Shown here piece after piece: positions 44,039 to 55,004 of a DNA stretch of 64,000 nucleotides (position 1 is its first letter; each line of letters opens with the position of its first letter). The notes below the pieces were generated by a model. That model saw only the letters and a program-made list of their open reading frames with translations. It was not told the DNA's origin and made no database searches. The stretch lies in NCBI GenBank assembly GCA_039794845.1, contig JAUQVK010000115.1, positions 1-64,000 on the forward strand. Direction: 5' to 3'. The translations under genes were made by a program, and so were the position numbers. Source of the DNA: Thermostichus sp. DRC_bins_24 (lineage in GTDB: Bacteria; Cyanobacteriota; Cyanobacteriia; Thermostichales; Thermostichaceae).

Positions 44039-44153
44039 CAGACTCCTGACACTGACCGCTACCCGGTACAGGGCCGGCTTTTACGGTGACGCTCGCCTAC
44101 TGGCAAGACATTGCCCGTAAGTTGACGTGCCTGATGACCCACGACTGGGAATC

Positions 44154-45374
44154 TCACTGGCTGGCGCCCTCCATACCCTCAAGTAGCTGACCCAGGTACC
44201 AAATGTCAACTTCGCTGGCCACCTCACCTGCGGCCAAGAAAGGGGTACCATCCTGGAAGTTCAAGGGCCCCTTGAACAGCTCAATGCTGCCATCTCCTAG
44301 GCCAGCGATAAACTCCTCCAACTTGGCCCGTTCCTCAGGGCCCAGGGCATCACCCATGACAAAGCCAGCAGAGGAGGTATCGGGGTTGTTGATATCCGAC
44401 CAATCGATGGCTGGACGAACAAACTCGCTCTTAAAGGTGCCGGCACGGGCGGACTCAATCATCTCCTTATAGCCAGGCCCCCAATTGTAGTAGGAAACCC
44501 CCAGGCAAATTTCAGGAGCAAAGTCACATCCTGTAGCCAAGCCGTAGCCGGTGTAGCGTACCCGTTTTCCGGCTTCGGCAGCCCGCCTGCCTTGCACTGC
44601 CGCCTCAGGAGTATCCAGGGCCGACATGACGACATCAAATCCGCCATTGTAAAAGTCATCCGCCACTTTGGTGGGATCCAGGGTGACACCGGGAATGTTG
44701 AACCAAAACCCAATCCAGGTGACGCGGAATTCCAACTCTTCAGGGCGGTCGCGGTAGTTATCCCAGCAGTACTTCGCCCCCAGGTAGGCAGCCGCAGCAT
44801 AGCGGCGGGTTTCATCGTTGATCAGGGGCCCCAACATGCCAATTTTGCCGGTTTCGGATCCCAAAGCTGCGGCACATCCCGCCACCATGCGCATTTCTTC
44901 CATTTGGGGCATGATGTTGGCCAGGTTGGGCTGATCGATGTAGTTTTTCCCCTCCTGCCAGGCCATATCTCCAGAGGCATGGATGACGGCGATCTCGGGA
45001 TATTTACGGGCGGTCTCGACAGCATCATCTTTGTGGTCATCAGAGGTAAAGATGATCACCTTGGCCCCCTGGGCAATCATGTCGTCGGCCACTTGGGATC
45101 CCCGCACATTTGGCCGATCCGCCGGGTTCACCTTATCCAGATAGTCAAACTCCACGCCGGGCAATTGGGCCATGACATATTGGCTTCCTTCGACGTGGGC
45201 TTGGCTCCAGCCGCCATCTTGCATCGGCCCCACCAGCACCATGCCCACTTTGAAGGTGTCTTGCGCTGAAGTGGGGGTGGATCCCACTAGAGCGGCAACC
45301 GATAGGCCAACAGCCAGGCTCTTCAAGGGAGAAAAAGTACGGATCAGACTCCAGTTCACAAGCAGCTCCGACAC
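44154..45374 (-). CDS. BMP family ABC substrate-binding protein
   Basis: VGP..DGGWSQAH, WFNIP, YNWGP; start uncertain. Confidence 0.88.
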   Translation of the reverse strand: MSELLVNWSLIRTFSPLKSLAVGLSVAALVGSTPTSAQDTFKVGMVLVGPMQDGGWSQAHVEGSQYVMAQLPGVEFDYLDKVNPADRPNVRGSQVADDMIAQGAKVIIFTSDDHKDDAVETARKYPEIAVIHASGDMAWQEGKNYIDQPNLANIMPQMEEMRMVAGCAAALGSETGKIGMLGPLINDETRRYAAAAYLGAKYCWDNYRDRPEELEFRVTWIGFWFNIPGVTLDPTKVADDFYNGGFDVVMSALDTPEAAVQGRRAAEAGKRVRYTGYGLATGCDFAPEICLGVSYYNWGPGYKEMIESARAGTFKSEFVRPAIDWSDINNPDTSSAGFVMGDALGPEERAKLEEFIAGLGDGSIELFKGPLNFQDGTPFLAAGEVASEVDIWYLGQLLEGMEGASQ

Positions 45375-45473
45375 GACAGTACAAAAGGGGGCAGGAATGA
45401 TCCCGAAAGAGAATCTCGAATTCCATCATGAGGATCTTACTCCAGCGCATTGTATCTAGCGCTACTGAAAGAA

Positions 45474-45515
45474 GATCCCGGACAAAGGAGAAAGGATCCC
45501 GGACAAAGGAGAAAG
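45474..45515. repeat. 21-bp tandem duplication
   Basis: GATCCCGGACAAAGGAGAAAG x2. Confidence 0.9.
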
Positions 45516-45528
45516 TTCTCAACGGTTC

Positions 45529-45652
45529 GTGACATCCTCCCGACGCAATGCCCAGCGGGTAGAGCGCGGGACTTAATTGTGCTCCGCACGACCCGGAGGG
45601 TCATTGTGCTCCGTAGCGCAGCGTGCCGCAGGCTTACCCCTCATGGGTTAAA
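45529..45652 (-). mobile_element. Orphan IS200/IS605-like right end, copy 1
   Basis: Minus strand ends AAGTCCCGCGCTCTACCC...GCGTCGGGAGGATGTCAC; near-identical inverted copy at 50325-50450; hairpin shared with the left end near 20903-20940. Confidence 0.7.
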
Positions 45653-45975
45653 GCTTGCGGAAGGTCGTGGTTGCGCACATAAAAAAAGCCGATGGTTTGG
45701 CAGGCGGTGGCTATTTCCGTGGCGACGGCTTGGCGAGCCTGGGGATCCCCTGAGAAAAACGGGGCCAAATCAACACTGGGCACCGAGATGGGCGAGCTCA
45801 TGGGCAATCCTCAGGGTTGGCAGCAGGCAGGTTCATACCCGAAAGCAGTCTGGGCAAACCCATGCCTTTTTTCTGTGCTGGGCAATGCCGGTATCGGGTT
45901 GGAACCGGGCCGTGAAAAAGAGGGATCCCCGCTTGGGTCAGGATGGAGGATAAGAGCACCACGAGTACGGCCGGA

Positions 45976-48723
45976 ATGGATCTGATCCTGTGTCATCAGT
46001 CGGCGGATTTTGACACCCTTGGGGCGGCGGTGGGGGCAGCACGGCTGTATCCGGGGGCACGCATTGTCTTAACCGGGGGATCCCTGCCGGGGGTTCAGGA
46101 GTTTTTGTCTTTGCACCGGGATGAATTTCCTTTGCTTGAGCTGCGTTCGGTGGATCCGCAACAGGTTCAGCAGTGGATTTTGGTGGATTGCCACGATCCG
46201 GATCGCCTGGGCAAGGCCGCTGCCTGGTTGAGCGCCCCTGGGGTTGCCATCGAAATTTTTGACCACCATGTGGGGGATCCAGAAACCCCAGCTGAAGCCT
46301 TTTGGCCCCAACAGCGGGTTACCAGCCATATCGAAGCGGTGGGGGCTACTTGTACGCTTTTGGTGGAGCGAGTGCGGGCTGCCGGGATCCTGCTCACTCC
46401 CTTCGAGCGATTGGCTCTGGCCCTGGGCATTCACATGGATACGGGATCCCTCACCTTTCCAGAAACCACGGCCCGGGATGCCGAGGCCCTCAGTTGGCTC
46501 TTGGGGCAAGGGATCAATTTGGTGTTGTTGCGGCGGTTTTTGGGAGATGGTCTCACCCCGGAGATGCGCGAACTGCTCAGCCAAGGGCTGACCCAGATGC
46601 AGGTGCGGCAGGTGGGGGGCTATCGCCTGGCGGAGTGGTTACTGGACTTGCCGGAGTTTGTGCCCGGTTTGGCGGGCTTGGTGATGCGGCTGATGGATTT
46701 GACGGATGTGGATGTGTTGATCTTGGTGGCGCGGCAAGGAGAGCGTTTGAGCCTAATCGGTCGGGCGCGGCAGGATTTTGCCCAGTTGGGAAAAGTCATG
46801 GCCCTCTACGGCGGCGGCGGACACGATTGTGCGGCAGCAGCCACCCTCAAAGCCAGCCCAGACCAGCCTCTACCCAACCCAGCGGAAGTGGCGGCAGTGT
46901 TAAGGCAGGCCATAGAAGAGCGGATCCCGCCGCCGGTGACGGCGCAAGATCTGATGTCGGCCCCGGTACGCACCATTCGCCCAGAAACCACCATCGACGA
47001 AGCCCAACGGGTGCTGTTGCGCTACGGCCATTCCGGCTTGGTGGTGGTGGATGCCGAAGCGCAATTGGTGGGGGTGATCTCGCGGCGGGATATCGATATC
47101 GCCCTACACCATGGGTTTGGCCATGCCCCCGTCAAAGGGTACATGACCACCGAGGTGAAAACCCTCTCACCCGATACGCCCCTGGCCCAGATCCAGCAGC
47201 TGATGGTGAATTGGGATATTGGTCGGCTGCCGGTGCTCAAGGATGGACAGTTGCTGGGCATTGTCACCCGTACGGATGTGCTGCGCCACTTGCACGAGTT
47301 GCCTTCCTTTTCCCCGTTGTTTGCCCCCAAACGGGATCCCGTCCATCCTCACCGCTTGGATCTCACCTTCGCAGCCCTGTCAGAACAGCACCGACGACTG
47401 CTCGACCAAGCCGCCCGGGTGGCAGAAGACCTCGGCCTTAAGGTGTATTTGGTGGGGGGGGCGGTGCGGGATCTGTTGCTGTACCAATGGGGTCGTCAAC
47501 CTCTGCCGGATCTCGACCGTTTGGACTTGGACTTGGTGGTGGATGGGCCTTATCCGCTGCGGGGGGATGGAGCAGATCCGACGGGATGGGGGCTGATCCT
47601 GGGGCAAGCATTACAAAAGCAGTTTCCAGAAGCGCGGCTGGAGATCCACGGCAAATTTCAAACGGCTGCCCTGATTTGGCCGGGAGGATTTTGTGTGGAT
47701 ATTGCCAGTGCCCGCACGGAGTTTTATCCGTATCCGGCCTCTCCTCCAGAAGTGGCGATGGGATCCATCCAGCAAGACTTGTATCGGCGGGATTTTTCCA
47801 TCAATGCCCTTGCCCTGCGCCTGAACGGGCCACAACGGGGGCAACTGCTGGATTTTTTCGGTGGGCAAGCGGATCTGCGGCAGGGGGTGATCCGGGTTTT
47901 GCATCCCAACAGCTTCATCGAGGATCCCACCCGGATTTACCGGGCGGTGCGCTTTGCGGTGCGTCTGGGCTTTTCTCTGGATCCGAGCACCGAAGAACGC
48001 ATCCGGGTTGCCGTGGCCAGTGGGTTACACGATGCCGTCGGCGGGGATCGCCTCAAGCAGGAGCTGGCCTACATTCTCGGATCCCGCTATTGGCCTCTGG
48101 CTTTGCAAAAACTGGCGGAATGGGGGGCCTTGCGCTGTATCCACCCTGACCTGGAATGGGATCCATCCCTGCGCCAGCGGCTACAACGGGTCGGCTCTTG
48201 GGCCAGACATTGGCGTCGTCGTTACCCCGAGCTGGGATCCCATGAAATTTGGCAACTGCGCCTCGAAGCCCTTCTTCTGACCCTGCCCCAAGCACCCCAG
48301 GTGGCCGGCCAACTGCACCTCACCCAAGCGGGCATCGAACGCCTCGGCAACTATCCCCATTACCAAACCCTCTTGGCCCAATTGCAGCCGGATCTTTCCC
48401 CCGGTGAGGTGGTGCAACGACTTCAAGGGGTGCGGATCCCGGCGCTGATTTTGTTGGCCAGTATTGCCCCCAAACCGGCACGGTGGCTGATCTGGCGCTA
48501 CCTGCAGGAGTGGCATGGGGTAAAACCGGTGCTCAACGGGCACGATTTGCGTCATCTGGGCTATCCGCCGGGCCGCCATTTCCAGGAGATTTTGGATCAA
48601 CTGCGGTACCGCACCCTCAACGGCGAACTCACCACTCCGGCAGCAGCTGAGACCTGGCTAAAGGCGCATTTTCCGCCCCCTCTGCCGTCCAAGGATCATC
48701 ACAAAAATCATCAGTCGAAATAA
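45976..48723 (+). CDS. DHH-CBS-tRNA nucleotidyltransferase fusion (probable A-adding enzyme)
   Basis: ADFD, DHH, GGGH, two CBS domains, VGGAVRD, DLDLVV, RRDFSINALA, EDPTRI.RAVRF. Confidence 0.92.
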   Translation: MDLILCHQSADFDTLGAAVGAARLYPGARIVLTGGSLPGVQEFLSLHRDEFPLLELRSVDPQQVQQWILVDCHDPDRLGKAAAWLSAPGVAIEIFDHHVGDPETPAEAFWPQQRVTSHIEAVGATCTLLVERVRAAGILLTPFERLALALGIHMDTGSLTFPETTARDAEALSWLLGQGINLVLLRRFLGDGLTPEMRELLSQGLTQMQVRQVGGYRLAEWLLDLPEFVPGLAGLVMRLMDLTDVDVLILVARQGERLSLIGRARQDFAQLGKVMALYGGGGHDCAAAATLKASPDQPLPNPAEVAAVLRQAIEERIPPPVTAQDLMSAPVRTIRPETTIDEAQRVLLRYGHSGLVVVDAEAQLVGVISRRDIDIALHHGFGHAPVKGYMTTEVKTLSPDTPLAQIQQLMVNWDIGRLPVLKDGQLLGIVTRTDVLRHLHELPSFSPLFAPKRDPVHPHRLDLTFAALSEQHRRLLDQAARVAEDLGLKVYLVGGAVRDLLLYQWGRQPLPDLDRLDLDLVVDGPYPLRGDGADPTGWGLILGQALQKQFPEARLEIHGKFQTAALIWPGGFCVDIASARTEFYPYPASPPEVAMGSIQQDLYRRDFSINALALRLNGPQRGQLLDFFGGQADLRQGVIRVLHPNSFIEDPTRIYRAVRFAVRLGFSLDPSTEERIRVAVASGLHDAVGGDRLKQELAYILGSRYWPLALQKLAEWGALRCIHPDLEWDPSLRQRLQRVGSWARHWRRRYPELGSHEIWQLRLEALLLTLPQAPQVAGQLHLTQAGIERLGNYPHYQTLLAQLQPDLSPGEVVQRLQGVRIPALILLASIAPKPARWLIWRYLQEWHGVKPVLNGHDLRHLGYPPGRHFQEILDQLRYRTLNGELTTPAAAETWLKAHFPPPLPSKDHHKNHQSK

Positions 48724-49217
48724 AACAAAGTCACCAGCTTGTGCTGATCCTCAGCGTGCCTGCAGGCATCCAAGAGCGTGACGCTATCGTGAAAGACGAA
48801 GCAGATCAGCTGCTGACACTTGCTGATGATCTCGAGGTTGCACAGACGGCTGGCCTCCGCCAGAGGGAGATGGTCGTTTTCGGGGTGTTCCACCAAATGC
48901 AATACCTGCTCGAGGCTGGCCCGCGACTCCGCCGGTTGCCGATCCAAGCTTTGGGGCAAAATTACCGTCAAGGATTTCATATCCGCCCGCATTGCCCCCC
49001 GGATCACAGCCAAATTGGTGCCGATGGCCCCGGAAGTAAGAATGTGGTTGCCGGTGAGGGCGAGCGCGTAGCTAAGGGTTTCGATCAAATACTGGTGGGT
49101 GATGGGCACATGACGACTGCCCAAGATTGCGATTCGCTTCGGCCCGACTTGCTGAATGGCGGCCAACTCCTGCAAAAACGTATCAACGCTCGCGGAGATA
49201 TCAATAGACTGGGTCAA
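48711..49217 (-). CDS. Cyanobacterial DprA/SLOG-like Rossmann protein
   Basis: IAILGSR, TSGA.GTN.AVIRGA, FHDS..L. Confidence 0.8.
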   Translation of the reverse strand: MTQSIDISASVDTFLQELAAIQQVGPKRIAILGSRHVPITHQYLIETLSYALALTGNHILTSGAIGTNLAVIRGAMRADMKSLTVILPQSLDRQPAESRASLEQVLHLVEHPENDHLPLAEASRLCNLEIISKCQQLICFVFHDSVTLLDACRHAEDQHKLVTLFYFD

Positions 49218-49312
49218 CGGGATCCCTCGGCAGAAGCTTGGCTAAACTCCGTTATCTTACACCGCTGCTTCGGGATCCAGCTAGAGATGTCTTGGCCCAG
49301 AAATCCAGCAGA

Positions 49313-50284
49313 TTAAGTGGGGCGCAAAGGGCTGCTTGAAGGAGGCTGGACTTGGCTTTGCGCAGGGGTACTCGCTGCCAGTTCGATGCTGTAGCGCATG
49401 CTGCTGTGAATGCCCCTACCCAACCACTGGCCACTGATGGGAGTCGCCCCGCGGGGATGAGGGCTGGCGGCTAAGGCGATGTGTTGATCGGCAACGGCCA
49501 ATCCTTGGGTTGGGTCAAACCCCCGCCAGCCCGCTCCTGGCAAATACACCTCCGCCCAGGCGTGCAGGTGGTGGTGGGCCGGGTTCTGGCTCATGGCGGG
49601 ATCCGTTTTGGGTTCTTCAACAGCTTCTGCGGGCAATTCCGGAGGGCTGACTTGTGGGCTAGGCTCCGGCCGGACTTGATAGCCACTGACAAAGCGCGCT
49701 GCCAAGCCCACCGTGCGACAGACCTCCATGAACAACAGGGTCAGATCCCGACAGGAGCCGGTTTTGCGATGCCAGGTGAGGCCCGCCGGCCAGGGATCCC
49801 CTTTTTCCCGCAGGATGTAGCGGCATTCGCTGTAGATGTGTTGGTTCAGGTGGTGCAAAAAAGCAGTGCTGTTTCCATGGACTTGATCCCAAAGTTCCCA
49901 AGCCAGGGTTTGCACCGTAGCTTCGCCCTGCGGAGTGAGATAGGGCTGTAGCTGAACGGCCAAGGCACTGGGGTAGTCAATGGGGAGATGGGTGGCCCAA
50001 TCCAAAAGCAGGTAGTCGAAGGGGTTTTGCCGTAGGGTGAGCACCGTAGCCTGCGTTTCAATGCGCAGATGCTCTGTGGGATCTCCGAACCACACCAATT
50101 CAGTCGCGTTGCCCTCCAAATCCACCAGTGCCGAGCTACCCACCGGGGGCGGATCCACCTGTAAGTCAAAGGCCAAAAGGGTTTGGATCCCGTCACAGCG
50201 AGGCCGCAGACGCAGGGTATGGGGTTCCAACCGGGCTGGACTGCTGTAGCGGTATTCGAGGAGATGGCGAATTTGAATTTGCAC
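49313..50284 (-). CDS. Transglutaminase-like protein
   Basis: GSCRD, ARFVSGY, HAWAEVYLPGAGW.GFDPT (Cys-His-Asp triad). Confidence 0.93.
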   Translation of the reverse strand: MQIQIRHLLEYRYSSPARLEPHTLRLRPRCDGIQTLLAFDLQVDPPPVGSSALVDLEGNATELVWFGDPTEHLRIETQATVLTLRQNPFDYLLLDWATHLPIDYPSALAVQLQPYLTPQGEATVQTLAWELWDQVHGNSTAFLHHLNQHIYSECRYILREKGDPWPAGLTWHRKTGSCRDLTLLFMEVCRTVGLAARFVSGYQVRPEPSPQVSPPELPAEAVEEPKTDPAMSQNPAHHHLHAWAEVYLPGAGWRGFDPTQGLAVADQHIALAASPHPRGATPISGQWLGRGIHSSMRYSIELAASTPAQSQVQPPSSSPLRPT

Positions 50285-50293
50285 AAGCTGTAG

Positions 50294-50331
50294 AATTCAA
50301 TCTCATTTAACTAATTCAATCTCATTTAACT
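50294..50331. repeat. 19-bp tandem duplication
   Basis: AATTCAATCTCATTTAACT x2. Confidence 0.9.
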
Positions 50332-50450
50332 AATGAGGGGTAAGCCTGCCGCACGCTGCGCTACGGGGAGGACGATGACCCTCCGGGTCGTGCGGAGCAC
50401 AATTAAGTCCCGCGCTCTACCCGCTAGGCATTGCGTCGGGAGGATGTCCC
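50325..50450 (+). mobile_element. Orphan IS200/IS605-like right end, copy 2
   Basis: Reverse-complement homolog of 45529-45652; ends GGGAGGATGTCCC. Confidence 0.7.
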
Positions 50451-50497
50451 TTCAATGCATGGGATCCATCACAAACCCCACGGCGGGAATTCTAAGC

Positions 50498-51028
50498 TTA
50501 CCGCTGCACCGCCTCCACCAGAGATTGGATCCCGGCTTGCAGGCGCTCCTCAATGTCTGCTTCTAGCTGCAGCTTTCCGTTGGCATCAAACTGAATTTGA
50601 GCGCTGAGAATGTAAATACCTTTCAAGATCGTCGTCGCCCCCATCACCGACAGCACCGGCTTCATGGCGAAGTCAATGGCAAGCAAATGGGCCAATGTTC
50701 CCCCTGTCGCTATCGGTAGGATCACTTTCCCCGTCAGGGCATCTTGGTCGAGCAGATCCAATAGTGCCTTGAAAACCCCTGGGTAGGAAGCTTTGTAAAC
50801 CGGGGCAGAGATGAGGATCCCATCTGCCTGAACCACTTTTTCTTGAATCTGCTTGAGCTGCGGGCTATCGAACCGGGTCAGTACCAAATCTTCTGGGGGT
50901 AGATCTCGCACCGAGACGAACTGGGTGGCGAAGCCCGGACTGGGCAGCAGCCCGGCGGCATGATGCAAGAGCGCCTCTGAGCGAGAGTTGGCACTAGGAC
51001 TCCCCGAGAGCAAGAGAATATCAGGCAT
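50498..51028 (-). CDS. ssuE: NADPH-dependent FMN reductase
   Basis: LSGSPS..SRS, PVYKASY.G..KALLDLL, ATGGT.AHLLA.D. Confidence 0.9.
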   Translation of the reverse strand: MPDILLLSGSPSANSRSEALLHHAAGLLPSPGFATQFVSVRDLPPEDLVLTRFDSPQLKQIQEKVVQADGILISAPVYKASYPGVFKALLDLLDQDALTGKVILPIATGGTLAHLLAIDFAMKPVLSVMGATTILKGIYILSAQIQFDANGKLQLEADIEERLQAGIQSLVEAVQR

Positions 51029-51142
51029 GAAGGAGAGAGAGAAAACTTGTCTCCGTTGTACCAGGGATCCGACTGCTGTTGGCAGAGCAACCCTTTCATC
51101 GTCCAATCCACGGCTCTTGACCGATACTCTCAAAAGCAACTC

Positions 51143-52372
51143 TCAAAAGGTGCTGGTCAGGCGGCGCATCGCTTCTTCCACATTGGCACGGCTATTAAAA
51201 GCCGACAGACGGAAATATCCTTCTCCGGCACTGCCGAACCCAGAACCGGGGGTTCCGACCACATGACAATGGTGCAGCAGTTTATCAAAGAAATCCCAAC
51301 TGCTCAGCCCGTCCGGCGTTTTCACCCAAACATAGGGGGCGTTCACCCCACCGTAGACCTGGATCCCGGCGGCGGTCAGTTGCTCCCGAATGATGCGGGC
51401 GTTCTCGAGGTAAAACTCCACCAAGCTGCGCACCTGTGCCTGCCCTGCTTCTGAATAGACGGCCTCCGCCCCTCGCTGCACAATGTAGGACACCCCATTG
51501 AATTTGGTAGATTGGCGGCGATTCCACAAACTCCACAGCTCTACCCGGGATCCGTCGCCGGCCTCCCCCTGCAAGGATTTGGGCACCACCGTAAAGGCAC
51601 AGCGGGTACCGGTAAACCCGGCGGTCTTGGAAAACGAGCGAAACTCAATGGCACAGTCTCGCGCCCCTTCCACTTCGTAGATGGAGTGGGGGATCCCGGG
51701 TTCCGTAATGTAGGCTTCGTAGGCGGCATCGAACAAAATCAGGGATCCATGGGTGCGGGCATAGTTCACCCAGTCCTGCAAATGCTCCCGTGTCGCCACC
51801 GCTCCCGTGGGATTGTTGGGAAAACAGAGGTAGATCACGTCCACCTTCCGGGTGGGAATGCCGGCGGTGAAATGATTCTCAGCCGTAATGGGCAGATAGA
51901 TCAGGCCCTCATACTCACCTCGGTCGTTGGCTGCGCCCGTGTGGCCGGCCATGACGTTGGTATCCACATACACCGGGTATACCGGATCGGTAACGGCGAT
52001 GGTGTTGTCGTTGCCGAGGATGTCGAGGATGTTGCCACAGTCGCACTTAGAGCCATCGGAGATGAAAATCTCCGATGCATCGATATCGCAGCCCCGCGCC
52101 TGAAAGTCCTGCCGGGCGATCGCCTGGCGCAACCACTCGTACCCCTGCTCCGGCCCGTAGCCCCTGAAGGTGGCCGGATCCCCCATTTCTTCCACCGCTC
52201 GAATCATGGCAGTCCGACAGGCTTCGGGTAAAGGCTCTGTTACATCGCCAATGCCCATTTTGATGATGGAGGCGGTGGGGTTGGCTTCAGCAAAGGCTCG
52301 CACCCGGCGGGCAATTTCGGGGAAGAGGTATCCGGCCTTGAGCTTGAGGTAGTGGTCGTTGATCCTGGCCAT
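51143..52372 (-). CDS. dapL: LL-diaminopimelate aminotransferase
   Basis: [43 protein letters not shown]. Confidence 0.97.
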   Translation of the reverse strand: MARINDHYLKLKAGYLFPEIARRVRAFAEANPTASIIKMGIGDVTEPLPEACRTAMIRAVEEMGDPATFRGYGPEQGYEWLRQAIARQDFQARGCDIDASEIFISDGSKCDCGNILDILGNDNTIAVTDPVYPVYVDTNVMAGHTGAANDRGEYEGLIYLPITAENHFTAGIPTRKVDVIYLCFPNNPTGAVATREHLQDWVNYARTHGSLILFDAAYEAYITEPGIPHSIYEVEGARDCAIEFRSFSKTAGFTGTRCAFTVVPKSLQGEAGDGSRVELWSLWNRRQSTKFNGVSYIVQRGAEAVYSEAGQAQVRSLVEFYLENARIIREQLTAAGIQVYGGVNAPYVWVKTPDGLSSWDFFDKLLHHCHVVGTPGSGFGSAGEGYFRLSAFNSRANVEEAMRRLTSTF

Positions 52373-52517
52373 AGGGGTTGGGCGATGAGAATATCTGTCG
52401 GCCCTACAGTGTAGCTGAAGCCGGCTCCCGAGAACCTATGGCCACAACCTCAGGAGCAAGCCCCAGCATGGACTACTCCCCCACGCTATGCTGTAGGGGC
52501 GAAGATTGTGTAGAAAC

Positions 52518-52691
52518 ATGAACATCCTGCGTCAATACGTCTTCCCGGCTCTGATCCTGTTGGTATTTCTGTTTACCTTGGTGGTGGTGAGCATCCGCTC
52601 CTTCCTGCCGGGAGACATGGCTCAGCCTGCCCCGATAGAAGACCTACCCTCGGTATCACTCTCTGCCGTGCCGATGCTTGAGAATGTCTGA
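52518..52691 (+). CDS. Small single-TM cyanobacterial hypothetical protein
   Basis: LRQY..P.LI..VF...LV.VS.R.FLP.DM..PAP; overlaps the GNAT start. Confidence 0.7.
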   Translation: MNILRQYVFPALILLVFLFTLVVVSIRSFLPGDMAQPAPIEDLPSVSLSAVPMLENV

Positions 52692-53193
52692 ATCCGGAAT
52701 CCTGTTGCCCCCTGGCTACCGCTGGCGCACCGGCTCCGCCTGGGATCGGCCCCGGGTTCGGCAAAGCTTGCAGGCGACTTTGCAAGAAGCTTTTCCGGAG
52801 CAAGCCCACTGGGATCACCTGGAGATAACCCTGGATCGGCTGTTCGATCCACCCAGTACCCCCTGCTGGTGGATCCTAGAGGAAGCAACCGGGGAACCGG
52901 TGGGCTGCGTTTGGGTGGGCATTTCCACAGACCAAGCCACCTACCGGCGGGTCGCGTATATTTTCTTGCTCTGGGTGGATCCCGGGCACCGACGACGAGG
53001 GCTGGGCAGAGCTCTGATTCAGCAGGTGGAACGGTGGGGATCCCAGCAGCAGCTGGCGGCCATCACCCTACAGGTCTACCATCACAACCAAGCTGCCCTC
53101 AGTCTCTATCGACAGGCAGATTTTGCGGTGCAAGGCTACTGGCTCCACAAACCCCTCGGCCCGACTCTTTCCGAGAATCATGAAGTTTTGTAA
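52684..53193 (+). CDS. GNAT family N-acetyltransferase
   Basis: V.P.HRRRGLGRAL, N..AL.LY. Confidence 0.9.
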   Translation: MSESGILLPPGYRWRTGSAWDRPRVRQSLQATLQEAFPEQAHWDHLEITLDRLFDPPSTPCWWILEEATGEPVGCVWVGISTDQATYRRVAYIFLLWVDPGHRRRGLGRALIQQVERWGSQQQLAAITLQVYHHNQAALSLYRQADFAVQGYWLHKPLGPTLSENHEVL

Positions 53194-53260
53194 ATAAACT
53201 GGGAGCTACCCTCAGTTGCTCTTTTGATGAAACTAGCGGCGTTGACTGGAGGGAATACCC

Positions 53261-53551
53261 ATGTCCAGACCTGTCAAACTGAGCGAAACCGAGATCAACA
53301 CAAAATTGGACAACCTGCCCGGATGGTCTTTGGAGTCTGGCAAACTGCATCGACAGTTTCAATTTGGCTCCTTTGTTGAAGCCTTTGGCTGGATGAGCAG
53401 CGTTGCTTTGGTGGCCGAGAGCATGGGGCATCACCCCGAGTGGAGCAATGTCTACAACCGCGTCCGTGTGGATCTCACCACCCACGATGCTGGGGGCATC
53501 ACAGAACTGGACTTCACCTTGGCGCAGCGCATGAGCGAATTGGCCAAGTGA
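53261..53551 (+). CDS. phhB: Pterin-4-alpha-carbinolamine dehydratase
   Basis: HHPEW.NVYNRV.V.LTTHDAGG.T.LD. Confidence 0.95.
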   Translation: MSRPVKLSETEINTKLDNLPGWSLESGKLHRQFQFGSFVEAFGWMSSVALVAESMGHHPEWSNVYNRVRVDLTTHDAGGITELDFTLAQRMSELAK

Positions 53552-53730
53552 CCTACTCCCAACGCTAGGTCAAGCTACGCTGAGACGGCTTCGATTCTTC
53601 AGCATAGATTCAGGGATGGGAAGGATTTGAGGGGTGAAGCACAATCCTTTCAGGAGGCAACTGCACACGGTAAGATAAAACTTCTCGGGCCAAAGCTTGG
53701 CCTACTTCCGCCCCACCCGTTCAGGATCCC

Positions 53731-54921
53731 ATGGCCAACGGCAACTCCTTCGGCGTTATGTTTTCGGTGACCACCTACGGCGAATCCCATGGGGGAGCGG
53801 TAGGGGTGGTGGTGGATGGATGCCCGCCCCGCTTGCCCCTAACGGAAGCGGACATTCAGGCGGAATTGGATCGCCGTCGCCCTGGACAAAGCCACATCAC
53901 CACGCCGCGCAAAGAAGCGGATCGCTGCGAGATCACCTCCGGTGTATTTCAGGGGCTGACCCTGGGCACACCGATTCACATTTTGGTGCGCAACCAGGAT
54001 GCCCGCCCGCAGGACTACAGCGAAATGGCCACCACCTTTCGACCCTCCCATGCGGATGCCACTTACCAAGCCAAGTACGGGATCCGCAACTGGCAAGGTG
54101 GGGGGCGAGCTTCCGCCCGGGAGACGATTGGTCGGGTGGCCGCGGGGGCCATTGCCAAGAAAATTTTGCGGCTGGCCGCCGGGGTGGAGATCCTCGCCTA
54201 CGTGCAGCGGGTGAAAGATTTGGAAGCCCAGGTGGATCCCGCCTTGGTGAGTGCTGAGCAGGTGGAAGCCAACATCGTCCGTTGTCCGGATCCTGAGATG
54301 GCTGCCGCCATGATCCGGATGATCGAGGCTGCCGGTCGAGAAGGCGACTCCCTGGGGGGGGTAGTGGAATGTGTGGCCCGCCGGGTGCCGCGGGGGTTGG
54401 GAGCACCGGTATTCGACAAGCTAGAGGCGGATTTGGCCAAGGCGGTGATGTCTCTGCCGGCCAGCAAAGGCTTTGAAATCGGTTCGGGGTTTGCCGGTAC
54501 CTATTTGACGGGCAAGCAACACAACGACGAGTTTTACATGACCCCCTCCGGCTGGCGTACCCGCAGCAATCGTTCCGGCGGCATTCAGGGGGGAATTGCC
54601 AACGGCGAAGACATCACGCTGCGGGTGGCCTTTAAGCCCACGGCCACGATTCGACAGGCTCAAAAAACCGTCACCCTCACCGGCGAAGAAACGGAATTGG
54701 CGGCGCGGGGGCGGCATGATCCCTGTGTGTTGCCGCGGGCGGTGCCGATGGTGGAAGCGATGGTGGCGCTGGTGTTGTGCGATCATCTGCTGCGTCATCA
54801 GGCCCAGTGCGGATCCCTGGTATTCCCCGAGGAGGGATCCCTGGCCCAGGCCGATGACTCCGTCCCGCTGACACGTTCCCCCATGGTGGGGGCAACGGAA
54901 ACCACCCAAGCCTTGCACTGA
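53731..54921 (+). CDS. aroC: Chorismate synthase
   Basis: [28 protein letters not shown]. Confidence 0.97.
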   Translation: MANGNSFGVMFSVTTYGESHGGAVGVVVDGCPPRLPLTEADIQAELDRRRPGQSHITTPRKEADRCEITSGVFQGLTLGTPIHILVRNQDARPQDYSEMATTFRPSHADATYQAKYGIRNWQGGGRASARETIGRVAAGAIAKKILRLAAGVEILAYVQRVKDLEAQVDPALVSAEQVEANIVRCPDPEMAAAMIRMIEAAGREGDSLGGVVECVARRVPRGLGAPVFDKLEADLAKAVMSLPASKGFEIGSGFAGTYLTGKQHNDEFYMTPSGWRTRSNRSGGIQGGIANGEDITLRVAFKPTATIRQAQKTVTLTGEETELAARGRHDPCVLPRAVPMVEAMVALVLCDHLLRHQAQCGSLVFPEEGSLAQADDSVPLTRSPMVGATETTQALH

Positions 54922-55004
54922 AGCGATCCCTGTTGCCAGCCCCGGTAGAGTTTGAGGGACATAGACCATACAAAAGGACAGAGCCATCTGCGTATACTTG
55001 ATCC

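Noticed and set aside
46302..47441. 379-aa alternative-frame ORF inside the nucleotidyltransferase
   Set aside because: GC-rich off-frame ORF with low-complexity composition and no motifs.
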